In this document: piece after piece, positions 21,063-31,169 of the stretch
Layout: each line of letters opens with the position of its first letter
Numbering within the stretch: the first letter of the stretch is position 1
Source: an uncultured Actinomycetota bacterium
Lineage (GTDB): Bacteria > Actinomycetota > Actinomycetes > Propionibacteriales > Kribbellaceae
Assembly (NCBI GenBank): GCA_963820655.1
Contig: CAWGAM010000002.1
Coordinates: forward strand, 1,631,868-1,695,867
Reading direction: 5' to 3'
Length of the DNA: 64,000 nt
Program-made: the position numbers and the translations under genes
Notes under the pieces: model-generated
Told to the model about the DNA's origin: nothing
Seen by the model: the letters and a program-made list of their open reading frames with translations, nothing else
Database searches by the model: none

Positions 21063-21242
21063 CAGGTGTCTCTTCCTCGCGCGTGCCACAGGTCACCCAC
21101 GAATCTCGGTGGTGATGAAGTCATCAGAAGCTCTGCATATTTGCACAGCTCATCGCGTGCCGGTCGGTGGTCACCCCCTGTGGCAGGAGCACCGAAGGGC
21201 AGCAACGAGCAATCTTGCCACACCGCCCCAGCGGAACCGAAA

Positions 21243-22445
21243 TCAGCGCCGCTTGCGACGCTTCGTGAGCACAACCAGCTCGACCTTCGCCGTTTGCTGC
21301 TGCCGTCGTGCCTCACGGTAACCGGCTTTCTGGTACAGGCCGAGGTTGCGGTCACTCTCCGCGCCGGTGTCGAGCTCGTACGACGTGACGTCGGCCGGCG
21401 CGAGTCGTTCCGCGACCCGCAGGAGCCGGGCGCCCAGGCCACGGCCCTGCCAGTCCGGCGCGACGATGAGCCGCCCGATGTGGCCCACCGAGCCGTCCAC
21501 GGTCAGCTGGACCGAGCCGACGATCCTGGTGCCCGCGACTGCCTTCAGTACGCCGCCCTGCTTGAGCCGCGCAACACCCGCTGCCGGGTCCTCGGCGAGC
21601 GGCGGGATGGTCAGGTCGTCGTAGATCCGCGCCTCCGAGAGGAACGCGGCCAGCTGCAGCGTATAGATCTCCCCCGCGTCCTCCTCGGTTGCCGGTAGCA
21701 ACCGAACCTGCGAGGCCGCGTCGTCCTTGCCCGCGACCGCGTCGCCCCAGGCCGCGAGCAGATCGGGCCGGCGCTCCGCAGTACGCCGTACGGACTCCTC
21801 GTGGCGCCAGTCCGCGATCAGGCCGTGGTTACCCGAAAGCAGTACGTCGGGTACCTCGTACCCGCGCCAGCTCGGGGGTTTCGTGTAGACCGGATACTCG
21901 AGCAGGCCGTCGCCGGAGTGCGACTCCTCGGCCAGGGACTCCGGGTTGCCGATCACACCGGGCAGGAGACGAGCCACTGCCTCGACCATGACGAGTACGG
22001 CGACCTCACCGCCGTTGAGAACGTAATCGCCGATGGACACCTCGTCGACGCGCATCCGCTCACCGGCGTACGACGCGACGCGTGCGTCGATGCCCTCGTA
22101 GCGGCCGCAGGCGAAAGCGAGCCATGGCTCAGCTGCGAGCTCGTAGGCGAGCTCCTGGGTGAACGGGCGGCCGGCAGGCGTCGGGACGATCAGTCTGGGC
22201 TGTGTGGGGCCGTCAACCGGAGCGATGGCGTCAAGCGCTTCTCCCCACGGCTGTGGCTTCATCACCATGCCCGCGCCACCGCCGGACGGGGTGTCGTCGA
22301 CGGTTCGGTGCCGGTCGTAGGTCCAGTCGCGCAGATCGTGCAGGTGGATGTCCAGGAGGCCGCTCTTGGCCGCCTTGCCGACCAGGGAGACATCGAGCGC
22401 GGCCAGGTACTCCGGGAAGATCGTGACGACGTCCAGCCTCATCGG
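21243..22445 (-). CDS. trmD: tRNA (guanine37-N1)-methyltransferase TrmD fused in-frame to a C-terminal GNAT acetyltransferase domain
   Basis: The TrmD core is [62 protein letters not shown]...[20 protein letters not shown]. The same frame continues without a stop into the GNAT core [40 protein letters not shown]...LGLYQKAGY. Confidence 0.8.
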   Translation of the reverse strand, partial: PMRLDVVTIFPEYLAALDVSLVGKAAKSGLLDIHLHDLRDWTYDRHRTVDDTPSGGGAGMVMKPQPWGEALDAIAPVDGPTQPRLIVPTPAGRPFTQELAYELAAEPWLAFACGRYEGIDARVASYAGERMRVDEVSIGDYVLNGGEVAVLVMVEAVARLLPGVIGNPESLAEESHSGDGLLEYPVYTKPPSWRGYEVPDVLLSGNHGLIADWRHEESVRRTAERRPDLLAAWGDAVAGKDDAASQVRLLPATEEDAGEIYTLQLAAFLSEARIYDDLTIPPLAEDPAAGVARLKQGGVLKAVAGTRIVGSVQLTVDGSVGHIGRLIVAPDWQGRGLGARLLRVAERLAPADVTSYELDTGAESDRNLGLYQKAGYREARRQQQTAKVELVVLTKRRKRR

Positions 22446-22449
22446 TGCC

Positions 22450-23004
22450 TCACTCCGGTCCTGGCTCGGTCGGGACGACCTCAGCGCCCTCCGGGTCCAG
22501 CAGACCGGGCCGGTCGGCCACGACGACGTACCGCTTGTCCACGTTGATCTCCGGGACCAGCTCCTCGACCAGCGGCACGAGTACGGCGTTGCCCGCGGGG
22601 CGGCGGATCTCCAGGAGGTCCTGCGAGGGCAGGTGCACGACGTCGATGACCTCGCCGGCCTCGACACCGTCGTCGGTGCGGACGGCCAGGCCGATCAGCT
22701 CGCGGTCGTAGTACTCCTCCGGGTCCTCGGGGCGCTCGTCCTCGGGGACGTCGGACTGCACGTACAGGTTCCGCAGCTGCTCGGCCGCGGTCCGGTCCGG
22801 CACGCCGGCGAACTTCACCAGTAGCCGCCCGCTGTGCCACCTGCTCGCCTCCACGGTCAGCGTCCGCGGAACCTTCGAGTCCGTGACCAGGGTCGCCCCC
22901 GCGGCGAACCGCCGATCCGGCTCGTCGGTCCGGACGTCCACCCCGACGTCGCCCTTGATCCCATGCGCCCGGCCGATCCGCCCGACAGTTACCAACACCC
23001 GCAC
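22450..23004 (-). CDS. rimM: ribosome maturation factor RimM
   Basis: [36 protein letters not shown]...LIGLAV. Confidence 0.9.
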   Translation of the reverse strand: MRVLVTVGRIGRAHGIKGDVGVDVRTDEPDRRFAAGATLVTDSKVPRTLTVEASRWHSGRLLVKFAGVPDRTAAEQLRNLYVQSDVPEDERPEDPEEYYDRELIGLAVRTDDGVEAGEVIDVVHLPSQDLLEIRRPAGNAVLVPLVEELVPEINVDKRYVVVADRPGLLDPEGAEVVPTEPGPE

Positions 23005-23089
23005 AAACCTTTCTGCTCTACCAATTTCACCGAGGATATGGCGAAGGGCCGCATCCGGGTGGATGCGGCCCTCCAGGAAGTGCTTCGAG

Positions 23090-23344
23090 TCAGCGGCGCG
23101 GGCGCCGGTTGAGCTCGTCGACGAAGTCGATGCGGAGCGAGGACTCGGAACTGAGAGCGCCGACGACGGTACGGATGGCGGTGGCGGTGCGGCCGTTGCG
23201 GCCGATCACCTTGCCGATGTCGTCGGGATTGACGTGCACCTCGAGGGTGCGGCCACGCCGCAGGTTCCGGGACCGGACGCTGACGTCGTCCGGGTTGTCC
23301 ACGATGCCTCGGACCAGGTGCTCGAGCGCCTCGGTCTCCATCAT
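23090..23344 (-). CDS. KH-domain RNA-binding protein (YlqC/UPF0109)
   Basis: VHVNPDDIGKVIGRNGRTATAIRTVV (the GxxG KH motif), sitting between rimM and rpsP. Confidence 0.8.
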   Translation of the reverse strand: MMETEALEHLVRGIVDNPDDVSVRSRNLRRGRTLEVHVNPDDIGKVIGRNGRTATAIRTVVGALSSESSLRIDFVDELNRRPRR

Positions 23345-23346
23345 CG

Positions 23347-23889
23347 TCAGGCCTTGGCGTCGTCGGCCGGCGCGGCCTCGGCAGCGGCCTCGGCCGGAGC
23401 CTCAGCAGCCTCGGCCTTCGGCGCCTCGGCCGCCTTCTTCGGCTCCTCGGCGGCCTTCGGCGCGTCGTCCTTCGCGGTGTCGTCAGCCTTCGCGGCCGTC
23501 TTCTTGGCCGCGGTCTTCTTGGCGGTGACGGCCTCGGTCTTCAGCGTGCCGTGCGCCTCGGCCAGGGCCTCGTTGAAGATCTCCTGCTTGTCCCGCTTCG
23601 GCTCCTTGACCCGCAGCGGGGCCGGAGCGTCCTCACCCCGGAACTTCTGCCAGTCGCCGGAGGCCTTGAAGATCGCCTCGACGGCTTCGGTCGGCTGCGC
23701 GCCGACGCCCAGCCAGTACTGCGCCCGGTCCGACTCGACGTGGATGAACGACGGCTCGGTCTTCGGGTTGTACTTGCCGATCTCCTCGATGGCGCGGCCG
23801 TCACGCTTGGTGCGGGCGTCCATCACGACGATGCGGTAGTGCGGCGCACGCTTCTTGCCGATGCGCTTCAAACGGATCTTGACTGCCAC
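23347..23889 (-). CDS. rpsP: 30S ribosomal protein S16 with Ala/Lys/Glu-rich C-terminal tail; GTG start
   Basis: [42 protein letters not shown] is followed by a tail of AAKKTAAK and EAAEAP motifs. An AAGGGAGA Shine-Dalgarno sequence lies upstream. Confidence 0.9.
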   Translation of the reverse strand: MAVKIRLKRIGKKRAPHYRIVVMDARTKRDGRAIEEIGKYNPKTEPSFIHVESDRAQYWLGVGAQPTEAVEAIFKASGDWQKFRGEDAPAPLRVKEPKRDKQEIFNEALAEAHGTLKTEAVTAKKTAAKKTAAKADDTAKDDAPKAAEEPKKAAEAPKAEAAEAPAEAAAEAAPADDAKA

Positions 23890-24062
23890 GTTTGTGGGGT
23901 CTCCCTTGGAATTACTGTCTGGGTGAGCAGCACAACGTCGTGGGGACAACGGGTGACCACTCGAATGGGCCGGCCAGGACGTGGAGTTAGAGGGCTGCAC
24001 AAAACCTGGACGGACTCAGCAGGCCATTGTGCCAGATCCCGCCCTGCCCAACCAATTCGGTG

Positions 24063-25406
24063 TCAAGCCCGGAATCTGGCGAGGTCTGGCAACTGCTGGG
24101 CGTAGGCGTCGAGAAGGTTCCGGGCGACGGTCACCGAGTCGATCAAAGGATGCCAGGCGAAGGCGCGCAAGGCGGCATCCCGCGACCCGGAGGCCGCGGC
24201 CTCGATCGTGGACCGCTCGACCGCCTTGACCGAGCAGACCAGGCCGGCCTGGTGGTCTGTGAGCTGGGACACCGTGACCGGCAGGGCACCGTTGGCGTCG
24301 ACTGTGCACGGGATCTCGACCACAGCGTCGTCGTCCAGATGACGCAGCACGCCACGGTTCCGGACGTTCAGGATCAGCGAGGCCCGCTCGTTGTGGGCGA
24401 TCGCCCGCATCAACGACAGCGCGACCTGCTCATACCCCCCGGCCGCCATGTCGCGCTCGTCGCGCTCCCCCGCGTCGGCGATCTCGCGGCTCTCCACCAT
24501 GTACGTCGACTCACGCTCGGCCCGGGTCTTCTGCCACAGCTCGAGCGCCTGCTCCGGGTGCCGCTCGGTCTCGGCGTAGAACGCGTCCTGCTGCTCCAGC
24601 AGGAACGCTCCCCGCGTCTGCCGCACACCCTGTACAGCGGCCAGCGTCTCGCGCGCGAAGTAGTAGTAATGCAAGTACTCGTTCGGGACGGAGCCCAGCG
24701 ACCGCAGCCAGTCCGCCCCGAACAGCCGCCCCTCCTCGAACGACGCCAGCGCATCGCTCGACTCCAGCAGCGCAGGCAGCCGATCCACCCCACCCGACCG
24801 CAGACCGCGCAGCCAGCCCAGGTGATTCAGCCCCGCGTAGTCGTAGAACGCGGTCGACGGATCCACCCCGAGCGCCAGCGCCGCACGTCGACCCAGTCCG
24901 GACGGTGAGTCACAGATCCCGATCACCCGGTCCCCCAGGTACGGAATCATCGCCTCCGTCACCATCCCGGCCGGGTTGGTGAAGTTGATGACCCACGCCT
25001 CGGGCGCGACCGCCGCGATCCGCTGGGCGATCCCCACGGCGACCGGCAGCGTACGCAGCCCGTAGGCGATCCCACCCGCGCCGACCGTCTCCTGCCCGAG
25101 TACGCCGAGATCCAGCGCGACCCGCTCGTCGATGGTCCGCCCTTCCAGACCACCGACCCGGATCGCCGAGAACACGAAGTCCGTGCCCCGTAGAGCGTCG
25201 TCCAGATCGGTTGTCTCAGTCACGACTGGCGCGTCAGCTCCTCCGGCGGCCTGTTGACGCAGCACGGCACCGATCGACGCCAGCCGGGTCCGGTCCGTGT
25301 CGAACAGCACGACCGACGTGATCCGGCCGGGGCCGCGATCTCCCAGCAACGCCTGATAGACGAGCGGCACGCGGAATCCCCCGCCGCCCAGGATGGTCAG
25401 TTTCAC
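24063..25406 (-). CDS. glycoside hydrolase family 4 (NAD-dependent 6-phospho-glucosidase-like)
   Basis: MKLTILGGGGFRVPLVYQALL is a Rossmann N-terminus, with INFTNPAGMVTEAM and ICDSPSG (the GH4 Cys motif). Confidence 0.8.
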   Translation of the reverse strand: MKLTILGGGGFRVPLVYQALLGDRGPGRITSVVLFDTDRTRLASIGAVLRQQAAGGADAPVVTETTDLDDALRGTDFVFSAIRVGGLEGRTIDERVALDLGVLGQETVGAGGIAYGLRTLPVAVGIAQRIAAVAPEAWVINFTNPAGMVTEAMIPYLGDRVIGICDSPSGLGRRAALALGVDPSTAFYDYAGLNHLGWLRGLRSGGVDRLPALLESSDALASFEEGRLFGADWLRSLGSVPNEYLHYYYFARETLAAVQGVRQTRGAFLLEQQDAFYAETERHPEQALELWQKTRAERESTYMVESREIADAGERDERDMAAGGYEQVALSLMRAIAHNERASLILNVRNRGVLRHLDDDAVVEIPCTVDANGALPVTVSQLTDHQAGLVCSVKAVERSTIEAAASGSRDAALRAFAWHPLIDSVTVARNLLDAYAQQLPDLARFRA

Positions 25407-26155
25407 GCAAGCACCACCTGCACCCCTGCCTCAGTCAGTTGGGCCCGGGTCGCCTCGTCGGCGCCGGGCTCGGTCACCACCATGAACAGTTCGCCCGGCT
25501 CACACACCCGCGCAACGCCGTGCCCCGGGAACTTCGTCCCGTCCGCGAGCAGCACCACCCGGTCGGCGGCCTGGATCATCGCCCGCTTCACCGGCACCTC
25601 GATCATCGTGCTGTCCATCACCCGCCCGTCCGGCCGGACCCCACTGGTCCCGAGGAACAACCAGTCGACATGGATCTGCCGCAGGCTGTCCTCGGTCAGG
25701 TACCCGACCAGCGACCGGTAGCTCCGCCGGACGAACCCGCCGAGCACGATCAGCTCGATCTGCTCATCGTTCTCGAGCTCTTCCAGTACGGCGAGATTGC
25801 TCGTCACCACCGTCAACGAGCGGCCGTGCAGGTGCTGGGCGACCCGGAGGGCAGTGGTCCCGATGTCGAGCAGCACCGACTCGCCGTCGCTCACCAACTC
25901 CGCGGCCCGCCGTGCGATCCGGTCCTTCTCCTCGGCGTGTACGGCGTTCACGTCCGCGAACGGCTCGTCTCCGCCGTCAACCGCGAGCGCGCCACCGTAG
26001 ACCCGGGTGAGCCGGCCCTCGGTGTGCAACTGCTCGAGGTCGCGGCGGATCGTCGCCTCACTGACCCCCAGGGTCGCGGCGAGCACCTTCACGCCTCCGG
26101 CCCCGTCGGCCCGGAGCGCGCGGACGATCTGATCCTGTCGCTGCTTCGGCAACAC
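25403..26155 (-). CDS. DeoR/GlpR family transcriptional regulator
   Basis: QRQDQIVRALRADGAGGVKVLAATLGVSEATIRRDLEQL followed by a sugar-binding domain. Confidence 0.85.
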   Translation of the reverse strand: MLPKQRQDQIVRALRADGAGGVKVLAATLGVSEATIRRDLEQLHTEGRLTRVYGGALAVDGGDEPFADVNAVHAEEKDRIARRAAELVSDGESVLLDIGTTALRVAQHLHGRSLTVVTSNLAVLEELENDEQIELIVLGGFVRRSYRSLVGYLTEDSLRQIHVDWLFLGTSGVRPDGRVMDSTMIEVPVKRAMIQAADRVVLLADGTKFPGHGVARVCEPGELFMVVTEPGADEATRAQLTEAGVQVVLA

Positions 26156-26280
26156 GGCACGACCGTATCACGCAAACTCTGTCATTTTCAGTCAATGTGA
26201 TGAGCAGGTATTGCGGATCTTGCGCAGTAGCTCCAAGATTCATGCACGAGTTTGATCGCCCCTGCAGGAGTGTGCTGCGC

Positions 26281-27228
26281 ATGCCTGAGCTCGACGTCAT
26301 GGTGTCCGGCCTGGTCTTCCAGGACCTGGTGCTCGGACTGCCGACAACGCCCCGTCCGGGCACCGAGGTCTGGGCCACCGATTCGCACGAGAGCCCCGGT
26401 GGCATCGCCAACTTCGCTGTCGCGCTTGCGCGCCTCGGTCTGCGGACCGGGCTGGCGGCAGCGTTCGGCGCCGACAGCGATGGCGACCAGGTCTGGGCCG
26501 GCCTGATGGACGAAGGCATCGATCTGACTCTCTCCCGCAAGCTCGCCGGCTGGCGGACCCCACTGACGGTGGCCCTTGCCTACGCAGGAGATCGGGCGCT
26601 GGTCACCCGGGGTACCCCTCCCCCGCTGTCGGCCGACGAGCTGATCATCACGCCGCCGGCCGCCCGAGCCGTCGCCGCCCACATCGGCCCCTGGCCGAAC
26701 GAGTGGCTCGCGAAGGCGAAGGCGGCCGGCAGCGTGGTGTTCGCAGACGTCGGGTGGGACCCGTCGGAGCAGTGGGACCCTGCAGTGCTCGATCAGCTCG
26801 AGCACTGCGACGTGTTCTTGCCGAACGCCGGTGAGGCGATGAACTACACCCGGACGGGCAGTCCGGAGCAGGCGCTCGACCGGCTGGCGGAACTGGTGCC
26901 GCTGGTCGTCGTGTCGAACGGCGCCGCCGGAGCCCTCGCGATCGACGCCGGTACTGGCGAGAGAGTCGCCGTACCGGCGTATCCAGTCTCGGCGGCGGAC
27001 ACCACCGGGGCGGGTGATGTGTTCGCCGCCGGCTTCATCGCCGCCACGCTGTGGGAGCTGCCACTGGAGCAGCGCCTGCGGTTCGCCGCACTCACCGCGG
27101 CACTGTCGGTCACCCGGCTCGGCGGCGCCGACGCGGCACCCCGCTGGGCGGACCTGGCGGCCTGGCAGGCGGACCACCCCGAAGACCAACACCTCCATGC
27201 GCTGATCAGCGCCCACTCAGGAAGGTAG
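26281..27228 (+). CDS. PfkB-family carbohydrate kinase
   Basis: ELDVMVSGLVFQDLVLGLPTTPRPGTE...PGGIANFAVALARLG...TGAGDVFAAGFIAA is the PfkB signature 2. Confidence 0.8.
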   Translation: MPELDVMVSGLVFQDLVLGLPTTPRPGTEVWATDSHESPGGIANFAVALARLGLRTGLAAAFGADSDGDQVWAGLMDEGIDLTLSRKLAGWRTPLTVALAYAGDRALVTRGTPPPLSADELIITPPAARAVAAHIGPWPNEWLAKAKAAGSVVFADVGWDPSEQWDPAVLDQLEHCDVFLPNAGEAMNYTRTGSPEQALDRLAELVPLVVVSNGAAGALAIDAGTGERVAVPAYPVSAADTTGAGDVFAAGFIAATLWELPLEQRLRFAALTAALSVTRLGGADAAPRWADLAAWQADHPEDQHLHALISAHSGR

Positions 27229-27233
27229 AACCC

Positions 27234-28520
27234 ATGGAGCTCTCACGTCGGACGCTGCTCGGGGGCTTCACGGCCGTGCTTGGCGGATCCCTCGTCGGCT
27301 GTTCGTCCGGGATGGACACCGGGACGACGACGAAGAAGAACACCACGACCGAGCTGACGTTGTGGTGCTGGCCGGGCGGTCTGGGCAAGTCGGTGATCGA
27401 CGACACGATCGCGCACTTCCCCGACCCGAAGATCAAGTACTCCGAGATCGGCGGCGACTTCAAGCAGAAGCTGGTCACCACCTTCAACGGCGGTACGTCG
27501 ATCCCGGACATCACCGGCCTCAAGGGCGAGGACATCGCCTCGATGCTGCCGCAGGCCGAGCGGTTCGTGGACCTGAAGACGGTCGGCGCGGACTCGATCC
27601 TCGGCGACTACCTGGACTGGAAGGTCAAGGCGGCCACCACGCTGGACGGCAAGGTGATCGGCCTGCCGATCGACGTCGGCCCGACCGCGCTGTATTACCG
27701 CGAGGACGTCTTCGCGGCGGGCGGATTGCCGAGCGACCCGGCCAAGGTGGCCGAGCAGCTGAAGACCTGGGACGACTTCTTCGCCGCGGGTGTCGAGCTG
27801 AAGAAGGCGAATCCGAAGGCGCCGCTCGTCTGGGACGCCACCGACCTGTACGACATGGTCGTCGGACAGGGCACCGAGCGGTACATCTCCCAGGACAACA
27901 CCTTCATCGGCGACCAGGACCACATCCGCAAAGCCTGGGACACCTCGGTCAAGGCGATGACGCTGAAGATCGACGGCAAGACGCCGAGCGGCAGCCCGGA
28001 CTGGAACGCCGGCCTCGACCAGGGCACGATCCCGGCGCACATCGGTGCCGCCTGGGTGGCACTCGACATCAAGTCCGCGGTGAAGACCAGCATCGGCAAG
28101 TGGCGGCTCGCCGCGACACCGAGCGGCCCGGCGAACTTCGGCGGCTCGTTCCTCGCGATCACCAAGAACGCGGCCGACCCGCAGAAGGCGTTCGAGGTGA
28201 TCAAGTACATGCTGAGCCCGGACAACGAGGCCAAGGCCTTCGCCGACGCCCAGATCTTCCCCTCGGCCCCGGCTGCGTACGACAAGCCGCAGTTGAAGGC
28301 GGCCGACCCGTTCTTCGGCGGCCAGGTGCCGATCGACACCTTCGGCCCGGCCGCCAAGGCCATTCCGGTGGCGTACCAGAGCCCCTTCGACGACGCTGTC
28401 GCGGCGCCGTTCCACGACGAGCTCAAGACCGTCCAGACCGGCTCCAAGACCTCCGACGCCGCATGGGCCTCCGCAGTCTCGAAGGCGAAGGCGATCGCCA
28501 AGCGACAGGGAGTCCAGTGA
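27234..28520 (+). CDS. ABC transporter extracellular solute-binding protein (sugar, family 1) lipoprotein
   Basis: MELSRRTLLGGFTAVLGGSLVGCSSG (Tat/lipobox-like), with a GGAAGG Shine-Dalgarno sequence upstream. Confidence 0.85.
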   Translation: MELSRRTLLGGFTAVLGGSLVGCSSGMDTGTTTKKNTTTELTLWCWPGGLGKSVIDDTIAHFPDPKIKYSEIGGDFKQKLVTTFNGGTSIPDITGLKGEDIASMLPQAERFVDLKTVGADSILGDYLDWKVKAATTLDGKVIGLPIDVGPTALYYREDVFAAGGLPSDPAKVAEQLKTWDDFFAAGVELKKANPKAPLVWDATDLYDMVVGQGTERYISQDNTFIGDQDHIRKAWDTSVKAMTLKIDGKTPSGSPDWNAGLDQGTIPAHIGAAWVALDIKSAVKTSIGKWRLAATPSGPANFGGSFLAITKNAADPQKAFEVIKYMLSPDNEAKAFADAQIFPSAPAAYDKPQLKAADPFFGGQVPIDTFGPAAKAIPVAYQSPFDDAVAAPFHDELKTVQTGSKTSDAAWASAVSKAKAIAKRQGVQ

Positions 28521-28636
28521 CTGTATCGATGCCACGCCTCCGGCGCGGCGGGTCATGGGGCTGTAACTCCCGGCCTTCCCTCGTCGCTTCAGTCGCTTCG
28601 CTCCCTACGCTCCTCAGTCCAGGCCGGGAGGCCCCA

Positions 28637-29585
28637 TGACCGGAACGGCGACAGCGCCGGCCACGACACCGCGCCGCTGACCGGATCCCCTGCTGGTCGG
28701 CGGCGCGGGCGCCGGGTCTGGTCGTACTGGCGGTTCTACCTGGCGCTGTCGCCGTTCTACATCCTGTTCGCGGTCTTCGGGCTGTACCCGATGCTGTCCA
28801 CGATCGTGCTGGCGTTCCAGCGCTGGGACGGCCTGAGCGCCCGCCGGTTCACCGGCCTGGACAACTTCCGGTTCCTGGTCGCGGACCCGACGTTCTGGCA
28901 GGCGTTGGAGAACACTGTCGTCCTGTTCCTGATGTCGACGATCCCGACGCTGGCCATCGCCCTGGTACTCGCGGTGATGCTGCAGTCCGCCGTACGGTTC
29001 ACGAACGTCTACCGGATCGCCTACTTCATCCCGAACGTCACCTCGCTGGTCGCGATGGCGATCTTCTTCAGCTCAGTCTTCAGTACGAACTTCGGCCTGG
29101 TGAATGCCGGGTTCCGGGCGCTCGGTATTCCCGAGCAGGACTGGCTCGGCCAGCCCTGGGGGATCAAGATCGCGATCTCCACGATGATCGTGTGGCAGTG
29201 GGTCGGGTACAACACACTGATCTACCTGGCCGGCCTGCAGGCGATCCCGAAGGAGCAGTACGAAGCGGCCAAGGTCGACGGCGCCGGCGCGGTGCGGACG
29301 TTCTTCTCGATCACACTGCCGCAGCTGCGACCGGTCGTGTTGTTCACCGTGGTCATCTCGACCATCGGCGGACTGCAGACCTTCACCGAGCCGCAGGTGA
29401 TGGTCGGCAACAGCGGCGGCACCGGGCAGAGCGGTATGACCGTCGTCCTGTTCTTCTACCGGGCCGCGTTCCTGGACAACGACTACGGCTACGCGGCCGC
29501 GATCGCGCTGAGCATCTTCCTGCTCGTGTTGTTGTTCACGGCAATCAACTGGCGGATCTTCCGGGGAAGAGGAGAGGACCGATGA
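28637..29585 (+). CDS. sugar ABC transporter permease (MalF-like); one frameshift near 28680
   Basis: MTGTATAPATTPRR followed by a shifted frame, then YPMLSTIVLAFQRWDGL...EAAKVDGAGAVRTFFSITLPQLRPV (the EAA motif). Confidence 0.8.
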
Positions 29586-30409
29586 CGCGCTACCGGTTGC
29601 GGGGCATCGCGCTGCACGCCGTACTCGTGGTCGCCCTGCTGGTGTTCATGTTCCCGTTCGTGTGGACGATCATCATGGCGTCGAACAGCACGGCGGACAT
29701 CTACCGGTTCCCGCCGAAGTTCACCTTCGGGTCGCAGTTCGACGACAACGTCCGGCAGGTGCTGGCGAACGTGGCGTTCTTCCAGTCGATGGCGAACACC
29801 GCGGTCGTGGCGATCTCGACCACGCTGCTGGTGCTGTTCTTCGATTCGCTGGCCGCGTTCACCTTCGCCAAGTTCCGGTTCCCCGGGCAGAGGGCCTTGT
29901 TCGTCCTGCTGCTGGCGACCATGCTGCTGCCTGCGCAACTGGCCGCCGTACCGCAGTTCCAGACGATGGCTCTGCTCGGCTGGGTCGGTTCGCTGAAGGC
30001 GTTGATCATCCCCGGGGCGGCGAACGCGTTCGGCATCTTCTGGATGCGTCAGTACTTCCAGAACTCGATCCATGACGAACTGGTCGAGGCTGCGACGCTG
30101 GACGGCTGCGGGTTCCTCGGCACGTACTGGCATGTCGCCCTGCCGTCGGCCCGGCCGGCGCTGGCGTTTCTCGGCATCTTCACCTTCGTCGCGTCCTGGA
30201 ACGACTACATGTGGCCGCTGATCGTGCTGACCAATCCCGACCACCTGACCTTGCAGGTGGCGCTGTCCACGCTGAACCGGTCCCACGGTGTCGACTACAG
30301 CATGGTGATGACCGGTGCGCTGATGGCCATGGTGCCGCTGGTGATCGTCTTCGCGATCTTCGCCCGCCAGTTCATCAAGGGTGCGACGGAGGGCGCCGTA
30401 CGCGGCTAG
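29582..30409 (+). CDS. sugar ABC transporter permease (MalG-like)
   Basis: MTRYRLRGIALHAVLVVALLVFMFPFVWT...EAATLDGCGFLGTYWHVALPSARPAL (the EAA motif). Confidence 0.85.
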   Translation: MTRYRLRGIALHAVLVVALLVFMFPFVWTIIMASNSTADIYRFPPKFTFGSQFDDNVRQVLANVAFFQSMANTAVVAISTTLLVLFFDSLAAFTFAKFRFPGQRALFVLLLATMLLPAQLAAVPQFQTMALLGWVGSLKALIIPGAANAFGIFWMRQYFQNSIHDELVEAATLDGCGFLGTYWHVALPSARPALAFLGIFTFVASWNDYMWPLIVLTNPDHLTLQVALSTLNRSHGVDYSMVMTGALMAMVPLVIVFAIFARQFIKGATEGAVRG

Positions 30410-30424
30410 GCACCGCTCAACTCA

Positions 30425-30805
30425 TCAGTCCGCGCCACTGTGACGTCGTACGAAGGCGTCGACGAGTTCCTGCTGCGTGCGATCGCTGGCGCCGGTCAGC
30501 TCGATCACGTCCCCGTCGATCGACAGCTTCACCGACCGCCCGCCGCCGGCGCTACGCAGCCACTCGCGGACCACGGCGACGACCGCTCCGACCACCTGCA
30601 GGCCGGGCGCCAGCGAGACCGACAGGACGCCCGCGAGCGCGGCGAGGCCGCCCCGCGTCCCCTCCGGCGCAGCACCCTCGTGATAGGGCTCGACCGACTC
30701 GACGTCAAGGGTCAGCAACTCCTGCCGCAGCAGCAACGCCAGCTCCTCGAGGCGCGCCTCGTCGGACCCCTCCTCGACCACCCCTACGCGAACCTCCGCG
30801 TCCAT
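30425..30805 (-). CDS. small hypothetical protein resembling the effector-associated constant component EACC1
   Basis: The 126-aa protein MDAEVRVGVVEEGSDEARLEELALLLRQELLTLDVESVEP...GVLSVSLAPGLQVVGAVVAVVREWLRSAGGGRSVKLSIDGDVIELTGASDRTQQELVDAFV matches the EACC1 pattern as I recall it (EELRSL-WL, a central hydrophobic hairpin, WLR, a GD-V-V run, DG-EL-A). GGGGAGGGG lies upstream of the ATG. Confidence 0.5.
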   Translation of the reverse strand: MDAEVRVGVVEEGSDEARLEELALLLRQELLTLDVESVEPYHEGAAPEGTRGGLAALAGVLSVSLAPGLQVVGAVVAVVREWLRSAGGGRSVKLSIDGDVIELTGASDRTQQELVDAFVRRHSGAD

Positions 30806-30935
30806 GACCCCTCCCCCATCCCCAGGCCGCGCGTCGATGCTTCAACCATGCTCCTGCGGCGTCGCGGCGACAAGGCATCAGCTGCGGCTAGGCTTCGGGA
30901 ACTGGAGCAGGTGGAGTTGCGTCGGAGGGGCGTCA

Positions 30936-31129
30936 TGGTGGGCAAGCGGGGACGCGTGATCGGCCGGATCGCACCGGGGATCGTCGGTGAGGTGATGCTG
31001 CCGGTCCGGGGTGCCACCGAGGCCTTCTACGCTTACCCGGCGACCGACGAGGTGATCGAGGTGGGTACGCAGGTGGTGGTGGTCGACTTCGACCCGCCGC
31101 GCACCGTGTACGTCGCTCGCGCCATCTGA
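30936..31129 (+). CDS. short NfeD-family OB-fold protein
   Basis: MVGKRGRVIGRIAPGIVGEVMLPVRGATEAFYAYPATDEVIEVGTQVVVVDFDPPRTVYV. It sits immediately upstream of the flotillin gene and has a GGAGGGG Shine-Dalgarno sequence. Confidence 0.55.
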
Positions 31130-31169
31130 TTCCCTGTTCCTCTGAATTTGCACAGCCCCTGGAGGGGAA

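Noticed and set aside
21063-21242. Possible L19 (rplS) autoregulatory leader RNA in the 180-nt trmD-rplS spacer.
   Set aside because: The spacer contains a GC hairpin (UGCUGCCCUUCGGUGCUCCUGCC), but the L19 leader is described for Firmicutes and I cannot match a consensus by eye. I left it unannotated.
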